Source: Macrostomum lignano (Eukaryota). From it: a stretch of 64,000 bases of DNA. The translations under genes were made by a program, and so were the position numbers. Below the pieces are notes generated by a model. That model saw nothing but the letters and a program-made list of their open reading frames with translations, ran no database searches and was not told where the DNA came from. Below, in pieces: positions 25,295 to 36,968 of the stretch. The stretch covers positions 1 to 64,000 of the forward strand of contig NIVC01000385.1 in the NCBI GenBank assembly GCA_002269645.1, read 5' to 3'. Each line of letters begins with the position of its first letter. The first letter of the stretch is position 1.

Positions 25295-28200
25295 TCAGAT
25301 TGGTTTGTCAAGGGCATCAATAATTAACTTTGCCAGCTGAAAGCGTGACCTTTTCGGCTGGGCAGAAGCGCATTCGTTTAAGTAGTTCCCAACCTGCTGG
25401 GAATCAGCGATCTGGTCATTTAATAGGCTGAGTCGCAGCATGCTACATGCATGCAGTAGGTTCCAGTCGGACAGCCGATGATCGCAGACCTCATCGACTT
25501 TGGCTTTGCTTCCATTGGTAGTGCGATGCTGCCTGCTGACGTCACTGTTCAGCTGCAGTGTGTCGACAACTATTACATTAGAAAGATCAACCAACGTCAC
25601 GGTTCGAGTGTCAGGGTAGACAGCAAAATTAGCAAGATCCCAGTCGTTGAGGTAAAGTGAAAAGCCTGTGTCACTCGCCGTGAGCTTTATGGCCAGCTGT
25701 AAAATGCGCATCGATAAAAGCAGACGCTCCGATAATGGGGCAGTCAAATAATCTGTGGCTGACCTGCCTCTGAAGAGTTTTAATATTTAAGCAAACGCTT
25801 GAGTTATTGAAAGTTTAGTCACAATTATATAATACAAGACAAAAATTACAATACTAAAATGTGCAGTGTTCTACTTCCCACAAAAAGCATAAAAAATGTT
25901 AATATACTAGCTCGTACTTACACATTTCATTCAGTAGGATAAGTATCAGGAATAAAAAAATTACTGAATCACATTCGTAATTTTGTCAACCAATCATAAG
26001 AAGGCACAAGTCATAAAAAGCTATTTTTGCAACCAACCAATCATGCGTGACCTACAGTCAGTTCGAAACCCCATCAGCGATTCATCATTCGGCCTGCACC
26101 GAATGAACCAATCAAAAGTAACCCAGGTGCGGTAACCAATCATTCGCTTTTACAGTAGACTAGTTGCTTAACTTTCTACCCTGTCATGCTTGACAGCAAC
26201 CAAAGCGTGAACCTTTGACATTTGACAAAGGTTTGACAAGAAAATGTCCCGACGACCTCATGTGAGGTCCGATTCTTTATAAATACAAGTGGTCCGAAGC
26301 GGACCGGAGCCTCAGAATCTTCCAGAGAGAAGGAGTTCCGAAGAGGAAGCCAGACTTCCTTCAGACCAAATCAACCAGGACTCGACTGAGTTATTTGCGG
26401 TAAGCCTTACTCATTTGCGCTGGTAGTTGAGTCGACTTAAATTGATATTGTGACTTAATCTGTTTGAGACTCCATTGGTTGTAGTCTCCAGAAGGACTAC
26501 CCTGATAGCCCATACAAGACTATCAGTGATTACCGCAGCTATACCTAGAGTGGATTTAGCCACTGCTAGAAGAAGAAGGCTTATTTGAAACCGCAGCGCA
26601 GTGCAGGGATCCCCGTCGTTAATTTGAAGCTTCCTATTGGTCCGAACTACAGATACCGGCCGAAAACGACTTCGTTGGAAGTAAAAAAGAACCTGGACCA
26701 GAACAACTAAATCAAGACGTCTGAACTGATTAAGATCGAGAACTACGCACCGGAATAGCTCTACTGATCAGGACTCAAGGTAATAGATACCTTCATTTTA
26801 TTACTGAGTTGCCTAGCAGTAGCTAGAAGTGGTTGTTTCTTGATTACTAAGAAAGATGTTTTGCATACTAAGTAAGGAACACATCAAAAGTTCAATTCAG
26901 AATGATGATATTGTAGAATAGAGTTGGAAATGTGGACGTTATAAACCACAAGACCGATGGATTTTGTATAATGAAGTATTTCGAAACCTTGGGATACGAG
27001 GCATACGATACAATTAATTAGTTTTACAACTAATATATCGCTAATCTTCAATTTTATTCCTAAACCAATGTAAAATAAGCACAGATGTGCCTCTCCCATA
27101 TACTTCAAATGCAAAGAACCAGCCTAATTTGCATTTTTCGTGTTTGGTAGTGCTAGAGTATTGAGAGTAAAAGTTGGGTACCCCGTTACTGTATGCCAAG
27201 ACCGAACTAGCAGGACTTTCTCTAAAATATTATTTACGATTTTCACAACGCGCTATTAGACTGACGATATGGCCCAAATACATTATATTATATAGCTCAT
27301 ACAGGCAATATCTGCTCTGATTTCGTTTCTTTTGGCCTCTGAGAAAACATATGCCATCGACGATGATTCAGAATTATTATCCTATTAATCCAGTAGCTTG
27401 GCCTGCATGGCTCACGATCTATTTATCTGGCTTTATTTAGCTCATTTATTAGAACGCTAATTTAGCGGGGTCAAATAAATAAATATCAAAGCATGTATAC
27501 AGAGCGTCCAAGTGAGCGATAAATTTAATTAACGGGCTCAAGGCTGGGTCCAAGCTGGGGATTAAAAACTCTATATCAATATTTACTACTCGCACGACCA
27601 GTTCCGTTCTTCCTTTGCTTCTTCTTAAGCAGTTTATTGGCGTAAAACGATATTTTAGACGACAATACAGAATATAGTGAATGATTTTTCAAGTGGGATA
27701 CGAGTACGCAAAATGATGTTTCCTTGTAAGAAAACTTTCTCAAAAAGTGTTCCGTACAATCACCAAACTATCACGCTCTGCGTCATAGAAAGTAGATTGG
27801 GTTGGACAGGTGCATGCTGCATCGTCCTTACTATATCTATGTGTGTAGCTCCTGGAAGTTTTTTGATTCTGAATTGAAAACCCGGAGTCAAATCGTTTGG
27901 TCTAATGGCTACCCAATAAGCTTGGTTGACAAGATTATCAATTCGCTTGATTGAAAAAGTTGCTCGGAATTCTGATACAGCATCCAAGAGACAAGTAATT
28001 CTGATGAAACGATTATTCTGCCATTTATTGGTGTTGCGTCTATTCAGTTCAAGTTTTAACTGCTTAAGAGCTTTTCTAAGAGCTTTTGACAGACATAAAA
28101 TTGGTTTATTTTTCGAAAATAAAGACGGTTGTTCCTCGTGCTCAAATGTGTCTCGTTTAAAAATTTTGCTGCTTTGGTAATCAGAGCGTTTCCTATGTCG

Positions 28201-30783
28201 GGAAAAACCAAAAGAAACATGCATCCCAGGGCTGGAGAACACTGGATAAAAAACTTTGCGATAAATGACCACTTAATTTGATTCAAAGATTTTGATTGTG
28301 AGCTCATTGACCTGTTTTGAACTATTTATCGTTGCAACTCTGACTTTAAACTTATATATTAGAGGCTTTTTGCATACTAAGAAGCTTAGTCCAAGCCTAT
28401 TGTAGTGACTGGCTGCAAACTAGTTATTTAGCAGCATTCACAGGCTTATCCGAAGGACTCTGTGTTCCGCTGCACAGCAGCCCAGTCCGCCTGATCTAAG
28501 AAGAGATACCCTGTGCTGGACCTGTGTTTACTGCCTGATGAATCATCGCCGGAGCAGGCGTGCGGGTAGCCACACACAATGTTTTCCCCACCCGCGCTGG
28601 AGAGGCGAAGCAGGATGACTCACCCGATGCTCTCCCGCGCGCGGAGTGTAAACTGTAAAGGCTGCCTAGAGGGAGTAAACAGGATGACACATCAGCTCAA
28701 ATCTATTTTTAGCACATAAAAGCACGTGACTGCGCATGTATATTGTGGCATCTGACCTTGCTTCACGCCACTGTTGCCTGACAGGATTGCCTTATTTGGA
28801 AGTTGGCCTTGAATCACACCTCTAGCATGACTCTGAGGTCCAAATAAGGAAGTTTCACGCGCTGACCGCATGAAACTCACTTGTTTTTTGGGGTCCACTC
28901 GGCTATAAATACGGAGCACCTGGGAGCTGTTTTTCAGAACTGCGTCCGAGTTTCCTCCCTGCCTCCACCTGCAAGAAGCTCCCCTCTCTCAGTTCAGGCT
29001 TAAAAGTTTTCAGGTTCGAGCAGCAATTTAAGGAACAATTCCGAACAACTGTCGAGAAATTTCCAGATTCGCCTTGCTCCGAGCAACTTTGTTATTTATT
29101 TCAGGTTACGGATAGACAACTTTTCCGACGAGTCGAGTCTACCAACCAAGTTGGCAGCAACCCTACCAAGTCTAAGGATAACGTTTTAAGTTATTCTCAG
29201 GCAAATAGGTAGTACTGCGGTACTATCTAGCAACTTCCAGAGCAGCGAGTTCATTTTAGGTACAGCTGACAGAACTTGGGAAGGAGTGTAACACTATCAC
29301 TTAAAGTCCGGGACACCTGCTAAAGGTTTTCTAATGAGGGTACTTGATTATATTTGCTTTTGACTCACTACTCACGTGAGTGACCTACGACTGATTTGAC
29401 AAAGCACCCTTTCAACCAACCGTAAATATATTTGTTGTGACAATGATTTCATTTCTGCCTATAATATGTACGACTTTAAAACTCTAATCTAGTGACTGTT
29501 TATTTTCAAATTATTTTCTTACTCTACTAATAAATCGTTCGCTCTATCGTCACGATTGCAGTCTTCAATTTTTTCAGCCAATAACTGCTTGAGAATGGTC
29601 AAGGAAGGCAGACCGAAACGCGTCGCAATAAATGTTGATCTTTAGTTTTTGATTTCTCTTATGGATTAGGCGAAGTTAAGTCCTAGAAATACTCGTAATT
29701 TTTTCTCATTAGCTAATAGAGTTCTTAAGTTTAAGATGAATGAAAAAATTACGTTAAATTTAATATTATTTTATTTAATTTAACTAACTAATTTAATTTA
29801 ATTTAATTTAACTTCAATTCGTACCTGTGTTCGACAACAATAAAACGACCGCAGGCGCCGTAATACCGCGGAAAAGGCCATCCCTTCTCGCTGGTGAAAG
29901 TCATGAGCAATAGTGGCTCTGGATTAACAAGAGCAGTGAATAGCAGAGACATTTCTTCGTTGCGTAGCAGCCGCTTGGGTTTTTCCGGATCCCGGAGACG
30001 AAATGCTTCTTTCACAGCATCTAGTAGTCGCTGACTTGGGCACCTAAATATTAAGTATTTGCTTGATAAGGTAAATTTTTTTTCAGTTTTTTCAGTACTT
30101 TATCAAAAACAACCCCTTATTTTGACAAAAAAACTGCAAAACAAGCTAAAAATAACAGTTTACCGAAAAAAATCGTTTTCACCTCGAACGTCGTACAGGG
30201 TGAGCGTGTCCTCACCCAGTGGCAGCCGCTTCCATAAAGCGTCGCGCATATTGCAACGATGCGATTCTTGTAGATCAGTGCTCTTGCACAAGCCGCGCTG
30301 CACTCTTTCTAGCTGTTCAGGCGTAGCCAGGCTTTTGATTACTACAGGCGCGCCTTTGTAGCGGCCTCGACGGCCCTCGAACACATGCTTGCTGGGATTC
30401 AGCTGGTGAGCGATAGGATATTGGTAAGCCCCAGTGAAGGTAACCTCAGAGTTAGTAAAATGATAGCAGAAATCATTTCCGTAACAAGCTGGGCAGGTTT
30501 CCATCCGAAGGAAGTAAACGTCCTCTGTATGAGGCGTAACAAAGGCATACCTGATCAGGTGCCAATAAAAGGCAAAGGACAACATTACACTAAGCAGCAG
30601 AACGCAACCGCCTTTAAAGCCAAGCCGGCGAATCCGAGTGCCTGCATCCAGCATGGCATCCTCAAAGTGACGCAGGGAAGCTGGCGTTCCTGTCAAATCT
30701 TGCGGTTTTGGATTGCCGTCTGCTGCTTCGTCGATTGTGTCTAAATCAGCCCTCTGAGCGGCCTGGCGTCGGGTAACATTCAT
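25295..30783 (-). CDS. DIPK2A: Divergent protein kinase domain 2A (DIA1/C3orf58)-like, 3 exons, ~437 aa
   Basis: Exons 30783-30164, 30043-29825, 25769-25295 join in frame via phase-2 GT-AG introns. Motifs: TM segment, CPACYGNDFC, RCPSQRLL, NPEPLLLMTFTSEKGWPFPRYYGACGR, LYLNDWDLANFAV...LVDLSNV. Confidence 0.9.
25984..26870 (+). mobile_element. LTR-like/promoter-like sequence inside DIPK2A intron 2 (boundaries uncertain)
   Basis: Four ACCAATCA boxes (~25988-26140), TATAAATA at ~26278 and a GTAAG donor at ~26400; no TG..CA/TSD pair found. Confidence 0.35.
28401..29293 (+). mobile_element. Solo LTR (893 bp), probably Gypsy-type
   Basis: Starts TGTAGT, ends TGTAACA; 4-bp TSD CTAT at 28397-28400 and 29294-29297; TATAAATA at 28904-28911. 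Confidence 0.8.
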
Positions 30784-31258
30784 ATTCGGTTATGTTTACG
30801 ATTATGTGGATTCTTCTTTACTTTCTCAAAACATGCAATATACAATGGGATAAGAAGCTTTAACAGCGTTAAAAGCGCTTCGTTAATTCGGCATTCTAGG
30901 TAATTATTAAAAAATTAGCCACCGCATTTTATTAGAAAGAACGATGTAAAGCCAATATTATTAAAAACTGTGCCAACAAGTTACTTTTACCGGTAGACAT
31001 TTTATTCCGCGTCGAGTGTATTGCGTAGACCCGCAAGACTTCTCAATATAGAGAAACTCATGACCATTGAATGAATGGGAGCAAATTAATATTATGTCCA
31101 TGTTATAGAGCAATAAGTCCATTAGTACAGATTAATCACTTAATTAAGTCATTTGCCATGTCCGATCAAAAAAGTACACATTCAAATAAGGACAATATTA
31201 GCAAAGATAAAAGTCTAAGTGACCCATTTTCGAATACAGAATACAAGAGGGTTGGAAA

Positions 31259-34037
31259 TCAGGACACACAAGCATGCAATGATACAATTTGGTTGGCATT
31301 GGCAATCATCTTCTCGCACTTCCGTCTCAGAGGCCGGATCTGCTGATCCAGCCACTCCTCAGAGCCTGCGGGAAGCAGCACGGAGTCGCAGGCGGCTTTA
31401 AAGGCAGCTTCTCCTGCGCTAAGCTCATGCCTATACCGATCAACTTGGCTGGAGATTTTCTCAACAACGGCAGGGCTGCTCAATAGGCGACTAGTGTGGC
31501 GTGCTGACATCCAGCCCTGAACCCAGTCTGAGTTAAGGAAGGTAAAAAACTCGTTGCGTAGCGCTTGGAACTTGTAAACGCACACATAGACCCGCCAGCC
31601 GGGAAATGAGAGCTCGTTAGTTGGTGGCAAGTTTCTGAGAGGATAGTGGATAGTGCATTGTGGTGAGCAAGATAATATAATGAAGCAATCTACGCACAAT
31701 CTACGGAAACAGAGTTTTATTTACGAGAGCATTTAAAAATAAATACCCAATTAAATGCTTATACGCTTGTTTATGGGTGGTTTAAAAGTGTGCAAAACAT
31801 GCCAAATATCATATCCTGGGGAAAAAAGAATTTTCAGCAAACTAACATTTAAATTTTTTAACGGATCCCCTTTTCACACCTGCCGGTCAAAGGGGAGAAT
31901 TCATCAGGACCATCAAAGAATCTATTAAAGTGCCACTAAGGTCAGGGGCAAGCTGCAGTAGAGAGATAAAACTTACTGTACAAACGGATTCCATGGTAGC
32001 AGATCTGGAAAGCCCATCTGCCTTGACAGTTTGGAGTGAATGTCCACTGTGAAACCGAATTCACGCACCGTAACCAAGCAAGTAAGCAATACTGGAACTG
32101 ACACTGGAAGCAATTCGCACAAGCACGCCATGTGATCGTACCGTTGCCAGCCTGTGAGTACAAATCCGGCAAGTTGTTTACAGTTTGCGCTTGCCTGCTG
32201 ATATTCGCGCATCACCCCTAGCCAGGCCTGCGTGTTTTCTGAATGATGGTAGAGCGGTGTGATCTGGAAAAAATAGAGCTCGTGTTAAATTGTACCACTG
32301 AACATTTGGAAACCAATAGAACCAAAAAGCTAGAAGCTGCAACTGTAAATGTGTAACTTACACGATGGCTATGTGTACCACATGCAGTTAGTACAGTAGA
32401 AAACGCTACCAAGTAAAGAAACCCGTTCATCTTTGGTATACTTTTATACTCTTCAGTAAAAATTATTCAATTTAGCATTCGATCAAAAGAGAAATTGTTT
32501 AGCAATGAACACGATTTGCTTCTTAAACAGGTTAGTAAAATGACTAAGAAAGTAGGCAGGGGAAACCATGGGTACGACTGCATAGATACACACTATGGCT
32601 AAAAGCCAGATAAGATTAGAGTTTTAAGGCAAAATTAGCCGCATTTATTCAAAATCAAATTTATTTATTTTTTACCTGACAATTAGCTGCTACAGAGCCC
32701 CGAAACGAGCCGGCAAACCATACTTGATCTGGTGGGAAGACACTCGCTAGTTTGTTGAAATACTCCGACTTCAACTGAAACTGACTTGCGTAATGCCATA
32801 CCATAGGTTGCGCCAGACTGGACAGCTTGCTAGCACGAATAAGCTCCGGGTCTACTTGACGTAACATGTCGTCCCACAGGATTGGCTGGAGAGAATGCTT
32901 AGTGACTATATGATTAGCAACGCGGGTCACATGGCTCAAAAAAAGTTGATGCTCCGTCTGGCCACTTGCGCGGCAATTTGGACATCGACGAAGAAAGTAA
33001 ACTTCGTCAGCACCAATATGGAAGTGACGCAGCAGATGGCTCTTAGAGCCTAGGCAAGCTTGGTGCAGTGCAACCACCTCGTCAATCATTGATAGCACAA
33101 GATCAACGGCTTCTGAAAGTAGTATAAATATTTTACATAGATATAGTTGTAGTCGTCCATAAAAATAAGTCAGATTGCCTATACGTATCGTATATATGTA
33201 AAATACGAATTACAGACCCGTTCATACGAAAGCAAAGTGCTTACCTTGAAGTATCGGACAAATATTGTTAGGATACTGGGCACACTCCCGCAAATGAAAA
33301 TACTTCTCGTGTTTTAGGGCGTACTGGAAATTGAAAAACAAATTTATTGATAGGTTTAATACTCTTACTGTACCAAGCAAGATATATGAATTAACTAAGA
33401 CTTACTTCCAAGTGACCGAAACACTGCACTAAGGGAACGACTGCGAAATCCAATTCACTGCACAGCTGCAGCAAACTGCGGATGTCCGATTCCCTATTTT
33501 GCGAAAACAATTGATATTCAGGTTGTTGTGAAGTAGAAAAATTAGTAGAAAAATTACTGACAAAATAAGAACAAAAAATAAAAGCCAAGTCCAAACCTGT
33601 AGTAAGCAGATTTATTTACTAAGAGCGACAGATCTTCCCCGAAAGGAAAAGTATCCTCGTACTCAATTAGAAGACCAGTGCATCCACACGACTTTAACAG
33701 AGGCAGTAGCTAAAAATTGGGTGACAGCATTAGTCGATTATATAGGAAAAACGTGTAAATAAATTTTAAACAATTATTTGCATGCTATTAAATATTTTAA
33801 AAAGCGATTTAATACCTCCTGCAGGTACTGAATAGTTGGCGGCGCCCCCTTCAAGTCCAGATGTACTAATCTGAAATGAAAAATCGAAATAGCATTTTGA
33901 TAAAGTTAGTAGTTACATTTTCTAAATATGGTTTTAAACCTAGTTTACATTATTAAAAACGATATTATGCATAAAAAATCGGCTTTAAAGCCAATTATTT
34001 GATTTTTATAAGCTTACCTGTGCTCCAAAACCGCCAT
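31259..34037 (-). CDS. HEXD: Hexosaminidase D (GH20), 8 exons, 484 aa
   Basis: Exons 34037-34018, 33870-33816, 33709-33597, 33493-33406, 33323-33245, 33112-32676, 32263-31977, 31634-31259 (1455 nt, all GT-AG, in frame). Motifs RLVHLDLKGAPP, LLIEYEDTFP, VPLVQCFGHLE, HIGADEV, LTGWQRYDH..CELLP. Confidence 0.93.
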
Positions 34038-36103
34038 TACAAAGTGCGAGTGTGCTTCGAGATTCCGAAATGCGGAAAAATTATCAAGACAGAACAATCA
34101 GAAGGAAAAAGCAGAAAAACTTTGTTACATACAGCCAAGGATCCTACGTAAACAAGATGGACCACTCATTAACAACTTATGTGGCCATATAAGCTAATGT
34201 GAAAAATGCTGCAACTCGCGACATTATGACAATTAACTACTGTACTCAATTTCGTCAGTAGTCTCTGCAGTGCATGCACTATTCTTTACTATTAATGAGT
34301 TTTTTCAAATTCTAAAAAATAGTGTTTATGTCCCTAAGCTACTGAACTTAAAATTTAAGCAACTTTTGTCGGCTTTTTTCGCATAAGTGACGAAAAACAG
34401 CGGTCGCACTTTCCCGATTGCCGCAATACAAAGTGACCTATCTAGGAATATAAGATCTATGCAAATAGCTGCAGTAGAAAGATGTGATTAGATACTCGTA
34501 GACACTCTTGCCTCAAGGCATTCTATACTGGACTACTCGTAAAGATCCAGCTTCATAGGTACGTCTAGAATAGCGTTTTTTACGCCCTATTTAACTAACA
34601 TATTTAAGTACCACAGCTAAATAACTACTTTGCTGTAAAAGAAAACAATACGGGTCTTCGACGATATCAAAGTCAGAGAGCTAAAAAAGCGCTCAACGTG
34701 TATTTATGAGAGCTAAGCAAAAATTTCGAGCGAGTCACAGCAAAGAACAACAAGAATTATCCTGAACTATGCGCTCGTAGGTTCAATAAAACTCTCCTGT
34801 TAATATAACCACAGAAAGTGTGAAGCAACTAAGATATTTTTTAAACTATACATCAAAACTTTATACGACCAATACATAAGGTTTATTATTAACAAACAGT
34901 ATGACTAAAATGTTTGAATAAAAAGAACCACAACTGAGTCAAGCAAAAGCAAAGCACCAAAAATTTAAATTGAAGTAACAAGTTGCAAACAACACAATCT
35001 TTGGCAAAGGAATTAGGAATAATAACGATGCGAGACGGAATTTATCCTCAAGTTTGATTAGGGCCGATACTTTATTAAAATCGAGTACTCTAAAAGATTT
35101 CAAAACGAAAAAGATTAATAATTCTATTCTAGCAAAAATATCGTGTACCACAGGGAAAGGAGCTGACCGTAAATTGCAAAACGAGTTATCAGTCGGAAAC
35201 AATTTCGATCACAAAAGCTAACGGGTAACAAACACAGGAATATATTATGCTCTTTGCTACTACGCAAATTTTAAAAGGAAAAATCTTGATTGATGCCAAA
35301 AATTATATGGTAATGAATTTTAAATTAAAATATTGCTGTGGAGCCTTCTGACAATAGATAATGAAATATTTGGTCTGACTCGTCCGAGCTACTATACAAG
35401 GAAGACTAACAGTTAAGAATGTTGCAGAGTAAACCTGCAAATAAAATAAAAACAAAGAGAAAACTTAAACTGACGCACGGGAAAGCATGTTTGCGGCAAA
35501 TAAGAAAAGGAATACTAAATTAAAATCAAACTGAAAAAGTAGACAATAAGTTCATGGATGACGCTTTTCTTGTATCTAATGATTGGACCACAGCCAAGGA
35601 TATTAAGTGCTATTGTGTAGGGCAATGAATAAAACACTTAAATAAAACTAACTACAGAAAGAGCTACAACCAATGACGAAATAACACCTAAACACAGCAC
35701 GAGCAGCTGTTATAATTATTCTTTAAGTACAAGTTTGAGTATAAGTAAAAGTACAAGTATTTTGATATGCGCTCTTATTGAGCCTTAACAGATAACACTT
35801 CAAAGAGCAATCTGATTCTACTAATCAGATAAAAAACATAGATAATTTACTCTTAAGTTAATTTAAAACCTTTTAATGCGAGTTAGTAGCCTAAGTTAAA
35901 GCTTATTTTCGTCATATAGACAGTTGCATTTAAATACTAACAAGAACTAGATACAACCTACCTTAACAGGGGAATTAAATACTCGTACAAAATTTAAGAA
36001 TGTCTGCTGTGCCCGCCCCTTTCAACGAAATAAAGTTGTCAGTCTTTCAGCATTGAGATATTTAACGTACAAGAATACCACTACCAGGGTTGTAGCCGAG
36101 TAG

Positions 36104-36420
36104 GGGGTTGCTGCCTAGTAGTTAGTGTCGGACGCACGACATGAAAGTCGGGGGTTCGATTCCCGATCCCACTGGAAAAATTTGTGTCCTTGAACAAGAC
36201 ACTTACTCTGCATTGCTTTAGTTCACCCAGCTGAAAAATAGGTACCAAGCATTAGCTGGGGTAATTGAGGGTGTGCGTGGCGACCCCCCAGTTCGTGGAT
36301 TGAACTGCCGTACGCAGCCTTCAGATGCGCCGCGCAATAGCTGCGGCTGAGCTGTCGGTTGCACATCTGGCCCGATCGGGGCAGTCGTAAGAAATTATTA
36401 TGATTATTATCATTATTAAT
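36104..36420 (+). mobile_element. tRNA-derived SINE with a CORE-like central domain
   Basis: A box TGCCTAGTAGTTAG, B box GGTTCGATTCC (36153-63), central GTGTCCTTGAACAAGACACTT...CACCCAGCTGAAAAATAGGTACC resembling the CORE domain, (ATT)n-like tail at ~36395-36420. Confidence 0.75.
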
Positions 36421-36968
36421 GTATACAACGGTTAAAAATAGGTCAGAAGGCTTGGTAGCTTCACTTTTAATGACATATACATACATCTAACTAAGAGCAA
36501 AAGTAAGAGGCAACTGCAACCACAGAGAAATCAAATAACTCTGCTCATTCAGCAGTAATCTACGACCCTGGCCTGCATAGCCTTTCATAAAAATGGGAAC
36601 TAATGGCGTTTTGCTTTGCAACAAACAATTATTGCTATGTGCATTAATGCCCCTCGCCTAAAAAAGAAGAGCCTAAATCTGTTCTTAGCAATCTCAGCAA
36701 TGAAAATCAATGAGCTAATGGCCTTTTAATGGAAGTACGACAAGGATTGTAATTTTATGGAATATTAGAGTAAAAGGATAAAACTATGCGATAATAATTG
36801 AAAAAAGTAATTCGCTAATAAGTTGATTAGCGGGCGAGGGCTTAATGTACGAAAAGTCTGCAATTACCGGATAACTAACAATTGATATTGTTTCGAAATC
36901 CCACTGGCTTAATCCGGATAAAAAACGCAGAATATACGTCAACTTAGCAAACCTAAAGATAAAAATAA

